Of a stretch of DNA of 64,000 nt, positions 52,235 to 61,745 are shown piece after piece; position 1 is the stretch's first letter, and each line of letters begins with the position of its first letter. A program made the translations under genes and the position numbers. Below the pieces are notes generated by a model that was given only the letters and a program-made list of their open reading frames with translations, did not search any database and had not been told where the DNA came from. This DNA is from Armatimonadota bacterium (lineage in GTDB: Bacteria > Armatimonadota > UBA5829 > DSUL01): positions 160,001 through 224,000 of the forward strand of contig JBDHZC010000001.1 of the NCBI GenBank assembly GCA_039811685.1, read 5' to 3'.

Positions 52235-53122
52235 ATGAGCAGGTCGAGCATGGTTCGATGTCGAGAATGTGGCGCACCTAATCCGGCTAGGCTCACCGCC
52301 TGTTACAACTGCCAGACAGAACTGACTGCACCATCTGTTCCGGACTCCACACCTGATCCGCCACCGGAACTCACACCAGACATCAGCTCCCAGCCGGAGA
52401 GCCGCAAAGCTGTAGTTCCCAGCGAGATTATTATACCTCTCCCTGTTAGCGTAGCCCTTGAGTCAGTAGCCAGAATGTTAGATCGAGTCGGTCAGGTAAC
52501 GGAGGTCGACAGTGAGAACCAGATAGTTGACGGAGGAGTTGCCTACGGTATCTGCGCAGTCGCTATTCGTCTATGTCTAGCCGAGTATAGTGCGGAGTCG
52601 ACACTGGTCTCCATTCAGGCGTTCGGTGGTGACATCTGGGGAACGGCTGCAAGGGGTGCTACACGTCGCATTCTCGCGGCGTTGGCTAATTTTAATATGC
52701 CTATCAGAGAGACGGAGAGCCCCCCAACCGTTTCGTGGGTAGCGATTGTAGGGCTTGTGCTTGTGTGTTTCTCTATCGCAATGCTGTCGCTAATACGAGC
52801 AGACAATTCCGGCGACAGCCCAGATGAATACAGGTCTAACTCAACTGACAATAACCGTGCCATGAGTACACCACCCAGCGCTCCAAATATACCCTCTGAA
52901 GAGATTGCGGCAGTTCACATTTACGCTGCTGAAAACGCCAACATGGCAGCGTTGTTGGCTGGCAACGCCGTCACGCAGAGTAAGTTCACACTGGTGCTCG
53001 ATGCAACGACTCGATACGGAGAGCATTTCGGCAAGCTCATAGCTAGGCACATAGACAGACATGAAACTCACACTTGCTCGTTTCCTCACAGCAGAGACAC
53101 ATACGGATACGACGATAGGTAG
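52235..53122 (+). CDS. Hypothetical membrane protein with N-terminal zinc ribbon
   Basis: CRECG..CYNC, Pro-rich linker, one TM helix. Confidence 0.6.
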   Translation: MSRSSMVRCRECGAPNPARLTACYNCQTELTAPSVPDSTPDPPPELTPDISSQPESRKAVVPSEIIIPLPVSVALESVARMLDRVGQVTEVDSENQIVDGGVAYGICAVAIRLCLAEYSAESTLVSIQAFGGDIWGTAARGATRRILAALANFNMPIRETESPPTVSWVAIVGLVLVCFSIAMLSLIRADNSGDSPDEYRSNSTDNNRAMSTPPSAPNIPSEEIAAVHIYAAENANMAALLAGNAVTQSKFTLVLDATTRYGEHFGKLIARHIDRHETHTCSFPHSRDTYGYDDR

Positions 53123-53271
53123 ATTGGGCGTGACAATAATCTGAGTGTCTAGCAGAACTAATATTGAGGCTTTCGAATTTTCAGTACTGTGGTGTACTTC
53201 GCGGCTTGACAGATGGCGCTTCTGCGCGCAGGTTCTTAGCGGATCGTAAGCACGTGGTAGGAGAATAGCAG

Positions 53272-53559
53272 ATGTGCCGACATATAGGAAGACTTTGTTC
53301 GGTCGCTCTAATACTGGTCCTGGTCGCGCAGAAGGTTTGTTGGGCGAACTCTGGATTCACCTTTCACGACGATCCAGTCGCTGGGGAGTTACGCTTTGCC
53401 AATAGGCACTTCGAACTCGCGTTGTCCAGAGAGAACGGTGCGATCGTCCGGATCGTGGACAGATCACGTGGGAAGCTGGCCTGCACCGGGCAGGCAGCAG
53501 GCTGCCTCTGGCGCGCGCAGATTAACGGTGGAGAGGGGCGCGGGGGTGCGGATTACACA
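53272..53559 (+). pseudogene. 5-prime fragment of a secreted protein, truncated by an IS remnant
   Basis: RBS AGGAG, signal peptide, beta-rich segment (FANRHFELALSRENGAIVRIVD), then an abrupt switch to transposase sequence. Confidence 0.55.
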
Positions 53560-53842
53560 CGCCGTGAGCAGAACGGGCGCTCGTGCAACCAGCACCTCAG
53601 ACAAGCGTTACACATGGCCAGCCTTGTAGCTGTGAGAATAGCCCCCTGGGCGAGAGAACTTTTCGACCGGCTGCGCAACGAGGGCAAGACCTACGGCCGC
53701 GCCCTGAGAGCTGTAGGCGAGCAACTCCTGGAAATACTCTATGTCCTTCTCACGCGCCGGACACGCTATGACGAGGGCTACCATATGCGGATGAAGGCGT
53801 TGCACGGCAGCATAATCGCAGCCCGAGTTTGACATAGAGAGT
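53560..53842 (+). mobile_element. IS110-family remnant (transposase C-terminus plus right end)
   Basis: CNQHLRQAL..PWARELFDRLRNEGKTYGRALRA..LLEILY..YDE is typical of IS110 C-termini; outward TTGACA (53829-53834) overlaps the stop codon. Confidence 0.75.
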
Positions 53843-54020
53843 CCGCAGCATACAAGTTATCCAAAGCTGCTGTGTCTCGGGGTACGGGACCTGAGATCTG
53901 GCATAGCTGTACGCGAGGTGTCAGCCAGGCTGGCGACTTTTGCGCGCGGATAGAGGCTTGTGGTAACATCCTCGCGGGTCTCTGTTCACAGAGACTACCC
54001 ATCGCAATCAGGAGGCCACC

Positions 54021-55466
54021 GTGTCCGTTTCAAGTCCCTCAGGAGCCGCGCGCTCCAATGGATCCGCATCCGGGTCGTTCCAGTACGACGTTGCAGTCAT
54101 CGGAGGCGGTCCGGGGGGATATGTCGCAGCCATTCGAGCGGCGCAGCTTGGGGCGCGTGTTGTTGTCATTGAAAAACAGTCTTTAGGGGGCACGTGTCTT
54201 AACGTCGGGTGCATTCCAACGAAGGCGGTCATTTCGAGCGTTGCGCTCTACAACGAGATGAAGAGCGCCGGTGAGCGGGGCCTTGTCGCGCACAATATCG
54301 GCTTCGAGATTGACGGCATTGTCAGCGGCGCACAGCAGGTGGTAAAGAAGCTCGTCGGCGGGGTCGGCGTGCTGATGAAAAAAAACAAGATTACCGTAAT
54401 CAACGGACTTGGATCGCTAAGCGGGCCGAACACCATCGAGATAGCTGGAGCCGAAGGCACACAGCAGCTGAGTGCGGCCAATATCATCATCGCCACTGGC
54501 TCAAAACCCGCGCGTCCGCCGATTGAAGGACTGGAGAACTTCCCCACAGTCTGGACGAGCGACAACGCTGTATTCGCGGATCGCGTTCCGGAGAAGTTGG
54601 CTGTCGTCGGCGCGGGCGCTGTTGGACTGGAGTTCGCTTATATCTTCAACTCACTTGGCGCCAAAGTAACAGTCGTGGAGATGATGCCGCGAATTTTACC
54701 CTCTGGAGATGAGGAGGCGTGCGCGGAGCTTGAAAAGGCGCTGAAAAAGCAGGGAATCGAGATTCGGACGAATACCCTGCTGGCCAAAGCTCGAAAGGTC
54801 AAGAACGGCGGGCGTCTCACGCTGAAGAGCGGCGACAGCGAAGAGCAGATTGATGCGGACGTGATTTTGCTGGCTGCCGGGCGCGTTCCACTCACGGAAG
54901 GTTTGAATCTGGAGCCGATTGGCGTAAAGATGAACCGCGCGGCCATCCTGGTTGACGAGTACAAGCGCACGTCTGTGCCGAGTATCTGGGCGATAGGCGA
55001 CTGTATCGGTGAGCCTCTGCTTGCCCATGCCGCCTCCGCAGAGGGTGAGGCCGCAGCTTCAAATATTATGGGGCACAGTGAGCAGGTGAACTACCACACG
55101 ATACCGGCGGCCGTTTACACACACCCGGAGTACGCGTCTGTGGGCTACACAGAAGCGCAGGCGCGGGAAAAGTATTCGGATGTCAGAGTTGGCAAGTTCA
55201 GCTTTGCCATTAACGGACGAGCGCTGTGCGAGCACGAACTGGAAGGCTTCGCTAAAATCATTGTCTCAGAGAAATACGGAGAGATACTTGGCGCTCATAT
55301 TATCGGCGCTAGAGCGAGTGAGCTCATCGCAGAGTGTGCCACGGCTATCTCATCGGAATTGACCATCCACGAGCTGGTCGCAAGCGTTCATGCGCACCCG
55401 ACACTCTCTGAGGTTGTGATGGAAGCCGCTCACGACGCCCTTGGGCGCTGTATTCACAAAGCGTAG
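54021..55466 (+). CDS. lpdA: Dihydrolipoyl dehydrogenase
   Basis: GGGPGGY, GGTCLNVGCIPTK, GAGAVGLE, AIGD, HAHPTLSE. Confidence 0.96.
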   Translation: MSVSSPSGAARSNGSASGSFQYDVAVIGGGPGGYVAAIRAAQLGARVVVIEKQSLGGTCLNVGCIPTKAVISSVALYNEMKSAGERGLVAHNIGFEIDGIVSGAQQVVKKLVGGVGVLMKKNKITVINGLGSLSGPNTIEIAGAEGTQQLSAANIIIATGSKPARPPIEGLENFPTVWTSDNAVFADRVPEKLAVVGAGAVGLEFAYIFNSLGAKVTVVEMMPRILPSGDEEACAELEKALKKQGIEIRTNTLLAKARKVKNGGRLTLKSGDSEEQIDADVILLAAGRVPLTEGLNLEPIGVKMNRAAILVDEYKRTSVPSIWAIGDCIGEPLLAHAASAEGEAAASNIMGHSEQVNYHTIPAAVYTHPEYASVGYTEAQAREKYSDVRVGKFSFAINGRALCEHELEGFAKIIVSEKYGEILGAHIIGARASELIAECATAISSELTIHELVASVHAHPTLSEVVMEAAHDALGRCIHKA

Positions 55467-55471
55467 CAAAT

Positions 55472-55966
55472 GTGACAGTGTGGGTAGGTCTCGGCTCTAA
55501 TCTAGGCGACCGGGCGGCTAATCTACAGTGCGCTGTAGATATCCTGAGTGCTTCGGACCTGCAAGTTACCGCGCTCTCCCATGTGTACGAGTCAAGAGCC
55601 ATTTTGAAGGAGAATCAACCGGATTTTCTGAATGCTGTCGCACAGATAGAGACGCTTGTGATTCCACACGAGCTTCTGTGGCGGTGCCTGTCTGTGGAGA
55701 ACGAAATGGGCCGAGTGCGTGCGGAACGCTATGGGCCACGTATCATTGACGTTGATGTTCTGTTGTATGGCCAAGCCCGGATCAACGAGCCTGACCTGGT
55801 CATCCCACATCCAGGAATCAAAGACCGCGCGTTTGTTCTGATTCCACTGCTCGAGATTGCGCCGAACGCCAGTCTGCCTGACGGGGAGGCGGTTGTTCAT
55901 TTTCTGAAGCCGGAAATGCGCCGCCAGATAACACTCCATTCCTCCCTGACACTACCTCCAGCCTAA
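55472..55966 (+). CDS. folK: 2-amino-4-hydroxy-6-hydroxymethyldihydropteridine diphosphokinase
   Basis: GLGSNLGDR, QPDFLN, YGPRIIDVDVL, IPHP..RAFVL.PL. Confidence 0.96.
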   Translation: MTVWVGLGSNLGDRAANLQCAVDILSASDLQVTALSHVYESRAILKENQPDFLNAVAQIETLVIPHELLWRCLSVENEMGRVRAERYGPRIIDVDVLLYGQARINEPDLVIPHPGIKDRAFVLIPLLEIAPNASLPDGEAVVHFLKPEMRRQITLHSSLTLPPA

Positions 55967-55970
55967 GAGC

Positions 55971-57242
55971 ATGCCGCTATTTCGATACGAAGCCACCGAC
56001 AGACAGGGAGAGCTTAGACGGGGCGCTATGGAGGCCTCGAGCGAAGAGGCTGTCAGGTCGCGTCTCGCTCAGATGGGATACAACCCGGTGACAATTGCCG
56101 CTCCGGCTTCTGCTGGGCGTAGCACCGCAGCGGCAAAAGCTCCGCCAGTAGCAGCCCAGGTCACGATGAGACCATTTGTTGTGTCGCATCTTTCTGTTCG
56201 CGACCAGGCGTACTTCTGGAGGCAGCTTGCCGAGCTGGCGCGGGCGGGGATTGGTCCCTACGATGCCTTTCGGACCCTGGGTGTGCGCAGCCGGAACAAA
56301 GCGATGAAGAGAGCTGCGCTTGACGTTGCTGCGCGCGTTCAGAACGGCACTTCTGTAGCCGATGCGATGGCTGCAAATGGTGACGTGTTCGGGACAGACT
56401 TCCGAATGGCTGTCCTGGCGGGTGAGACTGGCGGATTTGTGCACGAAGTGTACGATGACTTTGCCACCAGCCTGGAGGCAGAGAACAAGCATCGCATGCG
56501 CTGGCGATGGGTGGGCTGGATTTACAAACCCTCTATCGCTTTGAGCATCATGACTGCGCACTTTGTTGTAAAGTTCGCTCATTATGTGCCATCTATCCAG
56601 AGCGCAGCAGGGGATACGGACGCACAGTGGAAAGCGCATCTACTGGTTGGCTGGAATCAGTATCTGCGGGAGACGTTACTCTTTACAATCCCGCTGATTC
56701 TCCTGGTGTTCATCGGCACTCCGCTCCTGCTCGAGTGGCTGGAGCGTGGACCACTGCGCGCCACGGCGGACAGGGTCGTTATGTCGCTTCCAGTTGTTGC
56801 GCAACTCAAGCGCGTTCGCGTGATGGAACGGTTTTTTCGAATGCTCAAAAGGCTGAGCGCTGCAGGTGTACCTGCGCTGGCGGCCTGGGACGCGGCGTCA
56901 GAGTCCGTGGGGAACTACCAGGTTGCGCACAAGTTGCACAGTGGGCGCTCAGCTCTGGCTGCCGGGCAGGGCTTTTCTTCCGCTCTCAGCCTTTCCGGAA
57001 CAGCCTCTCGCAGCGACGTGGACATGCTGGCCACAGCAGATCAGACCGGGCGCGTGCCAGAGATGCTCCAGCATCTAGAGGATGACTATGCAGCGCGGGC
57101 TGAGTCCATTGGCAAGATCATCCGCATCGCCCTGATTGTACTTCTCATCGTCGCAAATGGTGTCCTGTCCATTTACATAGCCATGGCCATAGCCGGCTGG
57201 TATGCCAAAATCATAAACGAAGTGCTGGGGTGGGCGTCATAA
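55971..57242 (+). CDS. Type II secretion/type IV pilus platform protein (GspF/PilC family)
   Basis: MPLFRYEA..G..EA, RQLAEL..AG, AGETGG, duplicated T2SSF domains, three TM segments. Confidence 0.85.
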   Translation: MPLFRYEATDRQGELRRGAMEASSEEAVRSRLAQMGYNPVTIAAPASAGRSTAAAKAPPVAAQVTMRPFVVSHLSVRDQAYFWRQLAELARAGIGPYDAFRTLGVRSRNKAMKRAALDVAARVQNGTSVADAMAANGDVFGTDFRMAVLAGETGGFVHEVYDDFATSLEAENKHRMRWRWVGWIYKPSIALSIMTAHFVVKFAHYVPSIQSAAGDTDAQWKAHLLVGWNQYLRETLLFTIPLILLVFIGTPLLLEWLERGPLRATADRVVMSLPVVAQLKRVRVMERFFRMLKRLSAAGVPALAAWDAASESVGNYQVAHKLHSGRSALAAGQGFSSALSLSGTASRSDVDMLATADQTGRVPEMLQHLEDDYAARAESIGKIIRIALIVLLIVANGVLSIYIAMAIAGWYAKIINEVLGWAS

Positions 57243-58411
57243 TGCCTGTTTTTATGTATAAGGCGCGGACCGGAAGCGGACAGAATGTGGAGGGTGAACT
57301 GGAGGCCCCTTCGGAATCCATGGCCGCCGCCACTCTGCGAGAAAAAGGCCTGTTCCCGCTCAGCATCCGGCAGAAGGCCACATCGTTTCAAGCAGCAGGA
57401 ATCAATCGTGAGAGCGTAGCGTCCCGCATATTTCCGCCGGTTCCACTTTCGCGCAGGCTTCAGTTCTGGCGCCAACTGCACGCGCTCATTCACTCAGGTG
57501 TCTCCAGTTCGGAATCGCTGCGCGATCTCTCAGAGAGTACGCCTGGTCATCTTGGCAGAGTCCTGAAGGAGTGTGCTACTCGCACGGCCTCTGGTGAGCC
57601 GATATCTGACGTGATGGTGGAGTATCCGGCCACTTTTCCAGCAGCCGAGATTGCGCTCATCCGGGCAGGAGAGCATGCGGGCACATTGAGTGAGTCTGTG
57701 CAGGCTCTTGCCGATCTCACCGAGCGCGAGGCGCGAATACGAAGAGAGTTTATCGGACAGCTTGTCTATCCGATGATGATTTTCGTTGCCATCCTTGTTG
57801 TGCCGCTGATTCCTGTTCTGGTTTTGGGATCCGGTGCGGATGCGCTAAGGATTATTCAGCAGCGTTATGTCCCGGGCTTTGTATTGGCCAGCGGGACATG
57901 GTTGTGTCTGAGGGTTCTGACGGTTTTCAGTCCGCGAGCGCGCTATGTATGGGACGCTTTCAAAATCACGGCGCCGGGTATTGGCAAAATTGTCAGAAAG
58001 ATGGCCGCCGGAAAAGCGGTCAGTGTACTGGCGGCCTCATACCGCAGTGGAGTGGGGCTGGCGACTGGTGTTGAGATGGCGGCTGAGGCGAGCGGCAATG
58101 CTGTTATGGCGTCCCAGATGAAAAGTGCGCTTCCCGGCATTCGCCGTGGAGAAGGGCTCACTGCCTCGCTGAGCCAGGCGCATGCATTGCCAGCCCGCGC
58201 ACTGCAGTTGCTGGCGACCGGCGAGAAGACGGGTTCCGTTGACGAGATGATGCGCAAGGCCGATGAGTACTTCAGAGACGAGACACAGTCTGCGCTTAAG
58301 ATTGTCTCGGTGACGCTGGGAGTAGTTCTTTTGGTGGTGGCGGGCCTCATTGTCGGGCGCATGGCGATAGACGTGTATTCGGGTGCAGCCAGCCACTACA
58401 CTGTGGAATAG
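57242..58411 (+). CDS. Type II secretion/type IV pilus platform protein (GspF/PilC family), second paralog
   Basis: MPVFMYKAR, RQL..LIHSG, AGEHAG, YP, TGEKTG; TAATG coupling to the upstream paralog. Confidence 0.88.
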   Translation: MPVFMYKARTGSGQNVEGELEAPSESMAAATLREKGLFPLSIRQKATSFQAAGINRESVASRIFPPVPLSRRLQFWRQLHALIHSGVSSSESLRDLSESTPGHLGRVLKECATRTASGEPISDVMVEYPATFPAAEIALIRAGEHAGTLSESVQALADLTEREARIRREFIGQLVYPMMIFVAILVVPLIPVLVLGSGADALRIIQQRYVPGFVLASGTWLCLRVLTVFSPRARYVWDAFKITAPGIGKIVRKMAAGKAVSVLAASYRSGVGLATGVEMAAEASGNAVMASQMKSALPGIRRGEGLTASLSQAHALPARALQLLATGEKTGSVDEMMRKADEYFRDETQSALKIVSVTLGVVLLVVAGLIVGRMAIDVYSGAASHYTVE

Positions 58412-58526
58412 AGACTGTGAGCCTGTGCGGATTGCGCGGCTCTGCTGGTTGTGGTAATGTCTGACGGGTGGAGCATGCGGCCGACAGAGCCGGGTCTCCA
58501 AGGCTATGGGAGGATGCGCAGGCATC

Positions 58527-59666
58527 ATGCCTCCAGTCCGCAACTATTACGAGATTCTGGGTGTTGCACAAGGTGCGACACAGGCGGAGATCAAGGCCAG
58601 CTATCGTCGGCTGGTCAGAAAGTACCATCCAGACATCCATCCGGACAAACGGCTGGCACAGCGCGCGATGGTGCAGATCAACGAAGCCTACGGCGTCCTT
58701 TCCGACCCTGACCGCCGCAGTTACTACGACGTTGAACAAGCCGCTGCCAAACGCGCGGGCTCAACTCCGACCAGTTCCATTTCCAGACCAAGACCAGCGC
58801 CCTCGGCCGCGCCACCCCCGCGCTCAGCTCCAGACAGAGCGCTTCGCGATGCGGAGTTTGCTTTCATAAGGGGCAGAATGGGAGAAGCTGAAGCCTACTG
58901 CCGCGAAGCCTTGCGTTTGCAGCGTTCAAGTGGCCGGGCCTATGCTATTCTCGGGGATATCTACCACGCGCGCAATCTTCGGGACAAGGCAGTTGAATAC
59001 TATACGTATGCCGTGCAGTTTGACCCGTATAACCGCGATATCCAGTCAAAGCTCAATCGCCTGATAGGTTTGGAGATCAGAACGGCAAAGAAAGGGCGCT
59101 CAGCGCAGGCTTCAGGCATCCCAAAACCGGCCGTGTTTGCCGCGAACCTGGCCGGATGGGTGAGCTTCTGCATGATGTTCGCATACTGGATTGCCGAAAT
59201 TGGACCTGCGGGACCTGCGGTTTCCATGGCGACGTCGGGTCTGCTCAAAGGCTGGAACTGGCAGATAAGCCTTGCTTTGTGTGCTGAGGGGCTTCTGCTG
59301 GGAGCGCTTCTACGGTCGGGGCGGTTTCTTGGGCATTACGCCGATGAACTGGTGTTTCAGTCGATCCGCCGGGGCGTCACTCGAGCACCGATTGGTCTGA
59401 TGCTTCTGGCTCTGGCAGCGATATTTTTCTGGCTTGCTCTGGTGGTCTATCTGCTTATGGCAACGTTTCAGGAGAACATGTCGAAAAGCCTTGTGCGCGG
59501 GTTTTTCGTGACTGTTATTTTTCTGCTTGTTGCCGGTTTGTTCAGCCCTTTTCACGCAGCTGTGCTGGCTATCGGAGGCAACTTCGTTTTTGTTGCGCTG
59601 TTGACGGGATGGTGGATGGTGGATGTGTTCCGGGATAACTGGGTACGAGAACTGGATGTCAGATAA
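58527..59666 (+). CDS. Membrane-anchored J-domain protein with TPR-like region
   Basis: NYYEILGV, KYHPD, INEAY.VLSDP; TPR-like helices; about five C-terminal TM segments. Confidence 0.85.
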   Translation: MPPVRNYYEILGVAQGATQAEIKASYRRLVRKYHPDIHPDKRLAQRAMVQINEAYGVLSDPDRRSYYDVEQAAAKRAGSTPTSSISRPRPAPSAAPPPRSAPDRALRDAEFAFIRGRMGEAEAYCREALRLQRSSGRAYAILGDIYHARNLRDKAVEYYTYAVQFDPYNRDIQSKLNRLIGLEIRTAKKGRSAQASGIPKPAVFAANLAGWVSFCMMFAYWIAEIGPAGPAVSMATSGLLKGWNWQISLALCAEGLLLGALLRSGRFLGHYADELVFQSIRRGVTRAPIGLMLLALAAIFFWLALVVYLLMATFQENMSKSLVRGFFVTVIFLLVAGLFSPFHAAVLAIGGNFVFVALLTGWWMVDVFRDNWVRELDVR

Positions 59667-60447
59667 ACGGCTGAGCGCCCCAGCGCTGATACAGATGAAG
59701 AAAACCGGCCAGAAGATCGTCTGCCTTACGGCCTACGACTATCCCACCGCTCGTCTGGTGGACGCTGCGGGGGTGGATCTTGTTCTGGTCGGGGACAGCC
59801 TTGGAAATGTCGTCCTAGGCTATGAAAACACTCTGCCAGTAACCGTTGACGACATGGTGCACCATGCCAAAGCGGTAGCGCGTGGCGTGTCGCGCGCTAT
59901 GTTAGTGGTGGATATGCCTTTTATGTCCTATCAGACGAGCATCCCGTCTGCGTTGGAGAACGCCGGGAGGTTTCTGAAGGAAGCCGGCGCGCAGGGTGTG
60001 AAACTTGAAGGCGGGGCGGAAGTGGCGGAGACAGTGGCAAAGCTTGTGCAGGCGGGTATTCCCGTACTTGGGCATCTGGGGATGACTCCTCAGAGCGTGC
60101 ATGCGTTTGGGGGATATGTCAAGCAGGCCAGAAGCGCGGATGCTCAGGAGAAGCTGATCTCCGACGCCCAGGCGCTACAGGACGCGGGCGCATTTGCGAT
60201 TGTTCTGGAATTGATACCGTCCGAAGCCGCCGCGCAAGTGACGCAGGCTGTTGAGATTCCAACAATCGGAATCGGCGCGGGATCAGGCTGTGACGGGCAG
60301 GTGCTGGTGGTAAATGACATGCTTGGGATGGATGAACGCTTTGCTCCAAAGCATTCTCGTCAGTACGCGCGTCTTCACGAGATTATGCGCTCTGCTTTTG
60401 AATCTTACGCCGAAGATGTTCGCTTCGGCCGTTTTCCTGAGGACTGA
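59656..60447 (+). CDS. panB: 3-methyl-2-oxobutanoate hydroxymethyltransferase
   Basis: LTAYD, LVGDSLG, DMPFMSY, VKLEGG, GHLGMTPQ, IGIGAG..CDGQVLV. Confidence 0.98.
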   Translation: MSDKRLSAPALIQMKKTGQKIVCLTAYDYPTARLVDAAGVDLVLVGDSLGNVVLGYENTLPVTVDDMVHHAKAVARGVSRAMLVVDMPFMSYQTSIPSALENAGRFLKEAGAQGVKLEGGAEVAETVAKLVQAGIPVLGHLGMTPQSVHAFGGYVKQARSADAQEKLISDAQALQDAGAFAIVLELIPSEAAAQVTQAVEIPTIGIGAGSGCDGQVLVVNDMLGMDERFAPKHSRQYARLHEIMRSAFESYAEDVRFGRFPED

Positions 60448-60461
60448 GACAACTCTCGCCA

Positions 60462-61358
60462 GTGCGCATTCTCCAGTCTCCCAACGAACTTCAAAGGCTC
60501 TGTTTGAGCGCCCGATGTGGCGTTGACGAGTTTTCTAAGCGCATGCTTACCGGTTTTGTGCCGACAATGGGCGCGCTTCACGAGGGTCATCTGAGCCTCA
60601 TTCGTCAGGCCCGCACCGATAACGATCTGGTCATCGTTTCCATCTTTGTCAACCCGACACAGTTTGGCGCGGGTGAAGACCTGGACAAGTATCCCCGCCC
60701 CCTTGAGCGTGACCTGGACCTATGCGAAGCGCAAGGAGCGGATATCGTCTTTACGCCGCAGCCGCAGGATATCTATCCATCAGGCTACCAGACCTACGTT
60801 GATCCTGGTTCACTCGCTGAAGGACTGTGCGGAGCCTCTCGGCCGGGACATTTTCGCGGCGTCGCGACTGTAGTGCTCAAACTCCTGAACATCACAGTGC
60901 CGACGCGGGCGTACTTTGGCATGAAAGACTACCAGCAGCTTCGTATCATTCAGCGGATGGTGGAGGACCTGGACATGCCGACGCAGATCGTGCCAATGCC
61001 TACCGTGCGGGAGAAGGACGGTCTGGCTATGTCCAGCCGCAATGCCTATCTCTCCGCAGAAGAGAGAGTTGCAGCTCCGGTCTTGATCCGGGCGTTGCGG
61101 CATGCGGCGCAGATATGGGCACACGGTCAGCGAGACGTGGAGACGTTGAAGAAGGCCGCACTCGAGGTCATCGCCACAGAGCCGCTGGTTCGAGTTGACT
61201 ACGTCCAGGCGCTTGATCCGGTGACTCTTCGTCCTGAGTTGGGCCCTGGCACAGGCTTGCTGCTTGCCGGCGCCATTTTTATCGGGAAAACGCGCCTGAT
61301 TGACAACGTTGTTGTGAATGGAGATGGCGCTGAGTTGCCTTCTGCCCCAGCGCAATAA
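60462..61358 (+). CDS. panC: Pantoate-beta-alanine ligase
   Basis: FVPTMGALHEGH, SIFVNPTQF, SRPGHF.GV, DGLAMSSRN, RLIDN. Confidence 0.98.
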   Translation: MRILQSPNELQRLCLSARCGVDEFSKRMLTGFVPTMGALHEGHLSLIRQARTDNDLVIVSIFVNPTQFGAGEDLDKYPRPLERDLDLCEAQGADIVFTPQPQDIYPSGYQTYVDPGSLAEGLCGASRPGHFRGVATVVLKLLNITVPTRAYFGMKDYQQLRIIQRMVEDLDMPTQIVPMPTVREKDGLAMSSRNAYLSAEERVAAPVLIRALRHAAQIWAHGQRDVETLKKAALEVIATEPLVRVDYVQALDPVTLRPELGPGTGLLLAGAIFIGKTRLIDNVVVNGDGAELPSAPAQ

Positions 61359-61415
61359 TTGTTGACATTTATCCGCGCGTGATGGTATAAACTGCCTTAG
61401 AACAGGCTTCGATAT

Positions 61416-61491
61416 TCCCCGATAGCTCAATTGGCAGAGCGCTTGGCTGTTAACCAGGATGTTCATGGTTCGAGTCCATGTCGGGGAGCCA
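61416..61491 (+). tRNA. tRNA-Asn (GTT)
   Basis: TCCCCGA/TCGGGGA acceptor stem, anticodon loop CTGTTAA, GGTTCGAGTCC, encoded CCA; upstream TTGACA (61362) and TGGTATAAA. Confidence 0.97.
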
Positions 61492-61505
61492 TTTTTATGG
61501 GTCCT

Positions 61506-61541
61506 AAGGCAGAGTAGTACGTGGTACGGCTCTGCCTTTTT
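61506..61541 (+). terminator. Intrinsic terminator after tRNA-Asn
   Basis: AAGGCAGAG..CTCTGCCTT-TTT. Confidence 0.7.
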
Positions 61542-61592
61542 GTTTGTGCCGTGCGGCTGCGGTGGTGTCGGGACCAGCCTTCCCGAAGTATC

Positions 61593-61717
61593 AAGGGTGT
61601 ACAACCGTTTCGGATGCTGCGGGAATGACAAGTCTCACCAGCGTGACCGATGACTGGAGACCGAAATTCCCGCAGCATGCAAAATGGACTGTGGACGATA
61701 AGGGTGTACAACCGTTT
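61593..61717 (+). repeat. 18-bp direct repeat pair AAGGGTGTACAACCGTTT (61593-61610, 61700-61717)
   Basis: Exact duplication; the first copy overlaps the start of element R1. Confidence 0.9.
61607..61678 (+). repeat. Inverted-repeat element R1 (~70 bp)
   Basis: GTTTCGG, arm ATGCTGCGGGAAT (61614-61626), 39-nt interior with inner stem, arm ATTCCCGCAGCAT (61666-61678). Confidence 0.92.
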
Positions 61718-61745
61718 ATCTGCAGCCGGGAGAAGAAGTAGCGAT

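Noticed and set aside
61416..61491. attL/attR duplication of the tRNA-Asn 3-prime end
   Set aside because: I saw no second copy in the window; one may lie beyond 64000.
1551..61631. Numerous long antisense or overlapping ORFs (e.g. 1551-2456, 3948-5030, 10865-11833, 46076-46975, 60810-61631)
   Set aside because: These are shadow ORFs of well-supported genes in GC-rich DNA and have no motifs.
61650..61745. N-terminal extension of the phosphotransferase ORF
   Set aside because: The ATGs at 61650 and 61677 lie within or at the edge of repeat R1, and the equivalent frame in R2 closes quickly, so they are probably not real starts.
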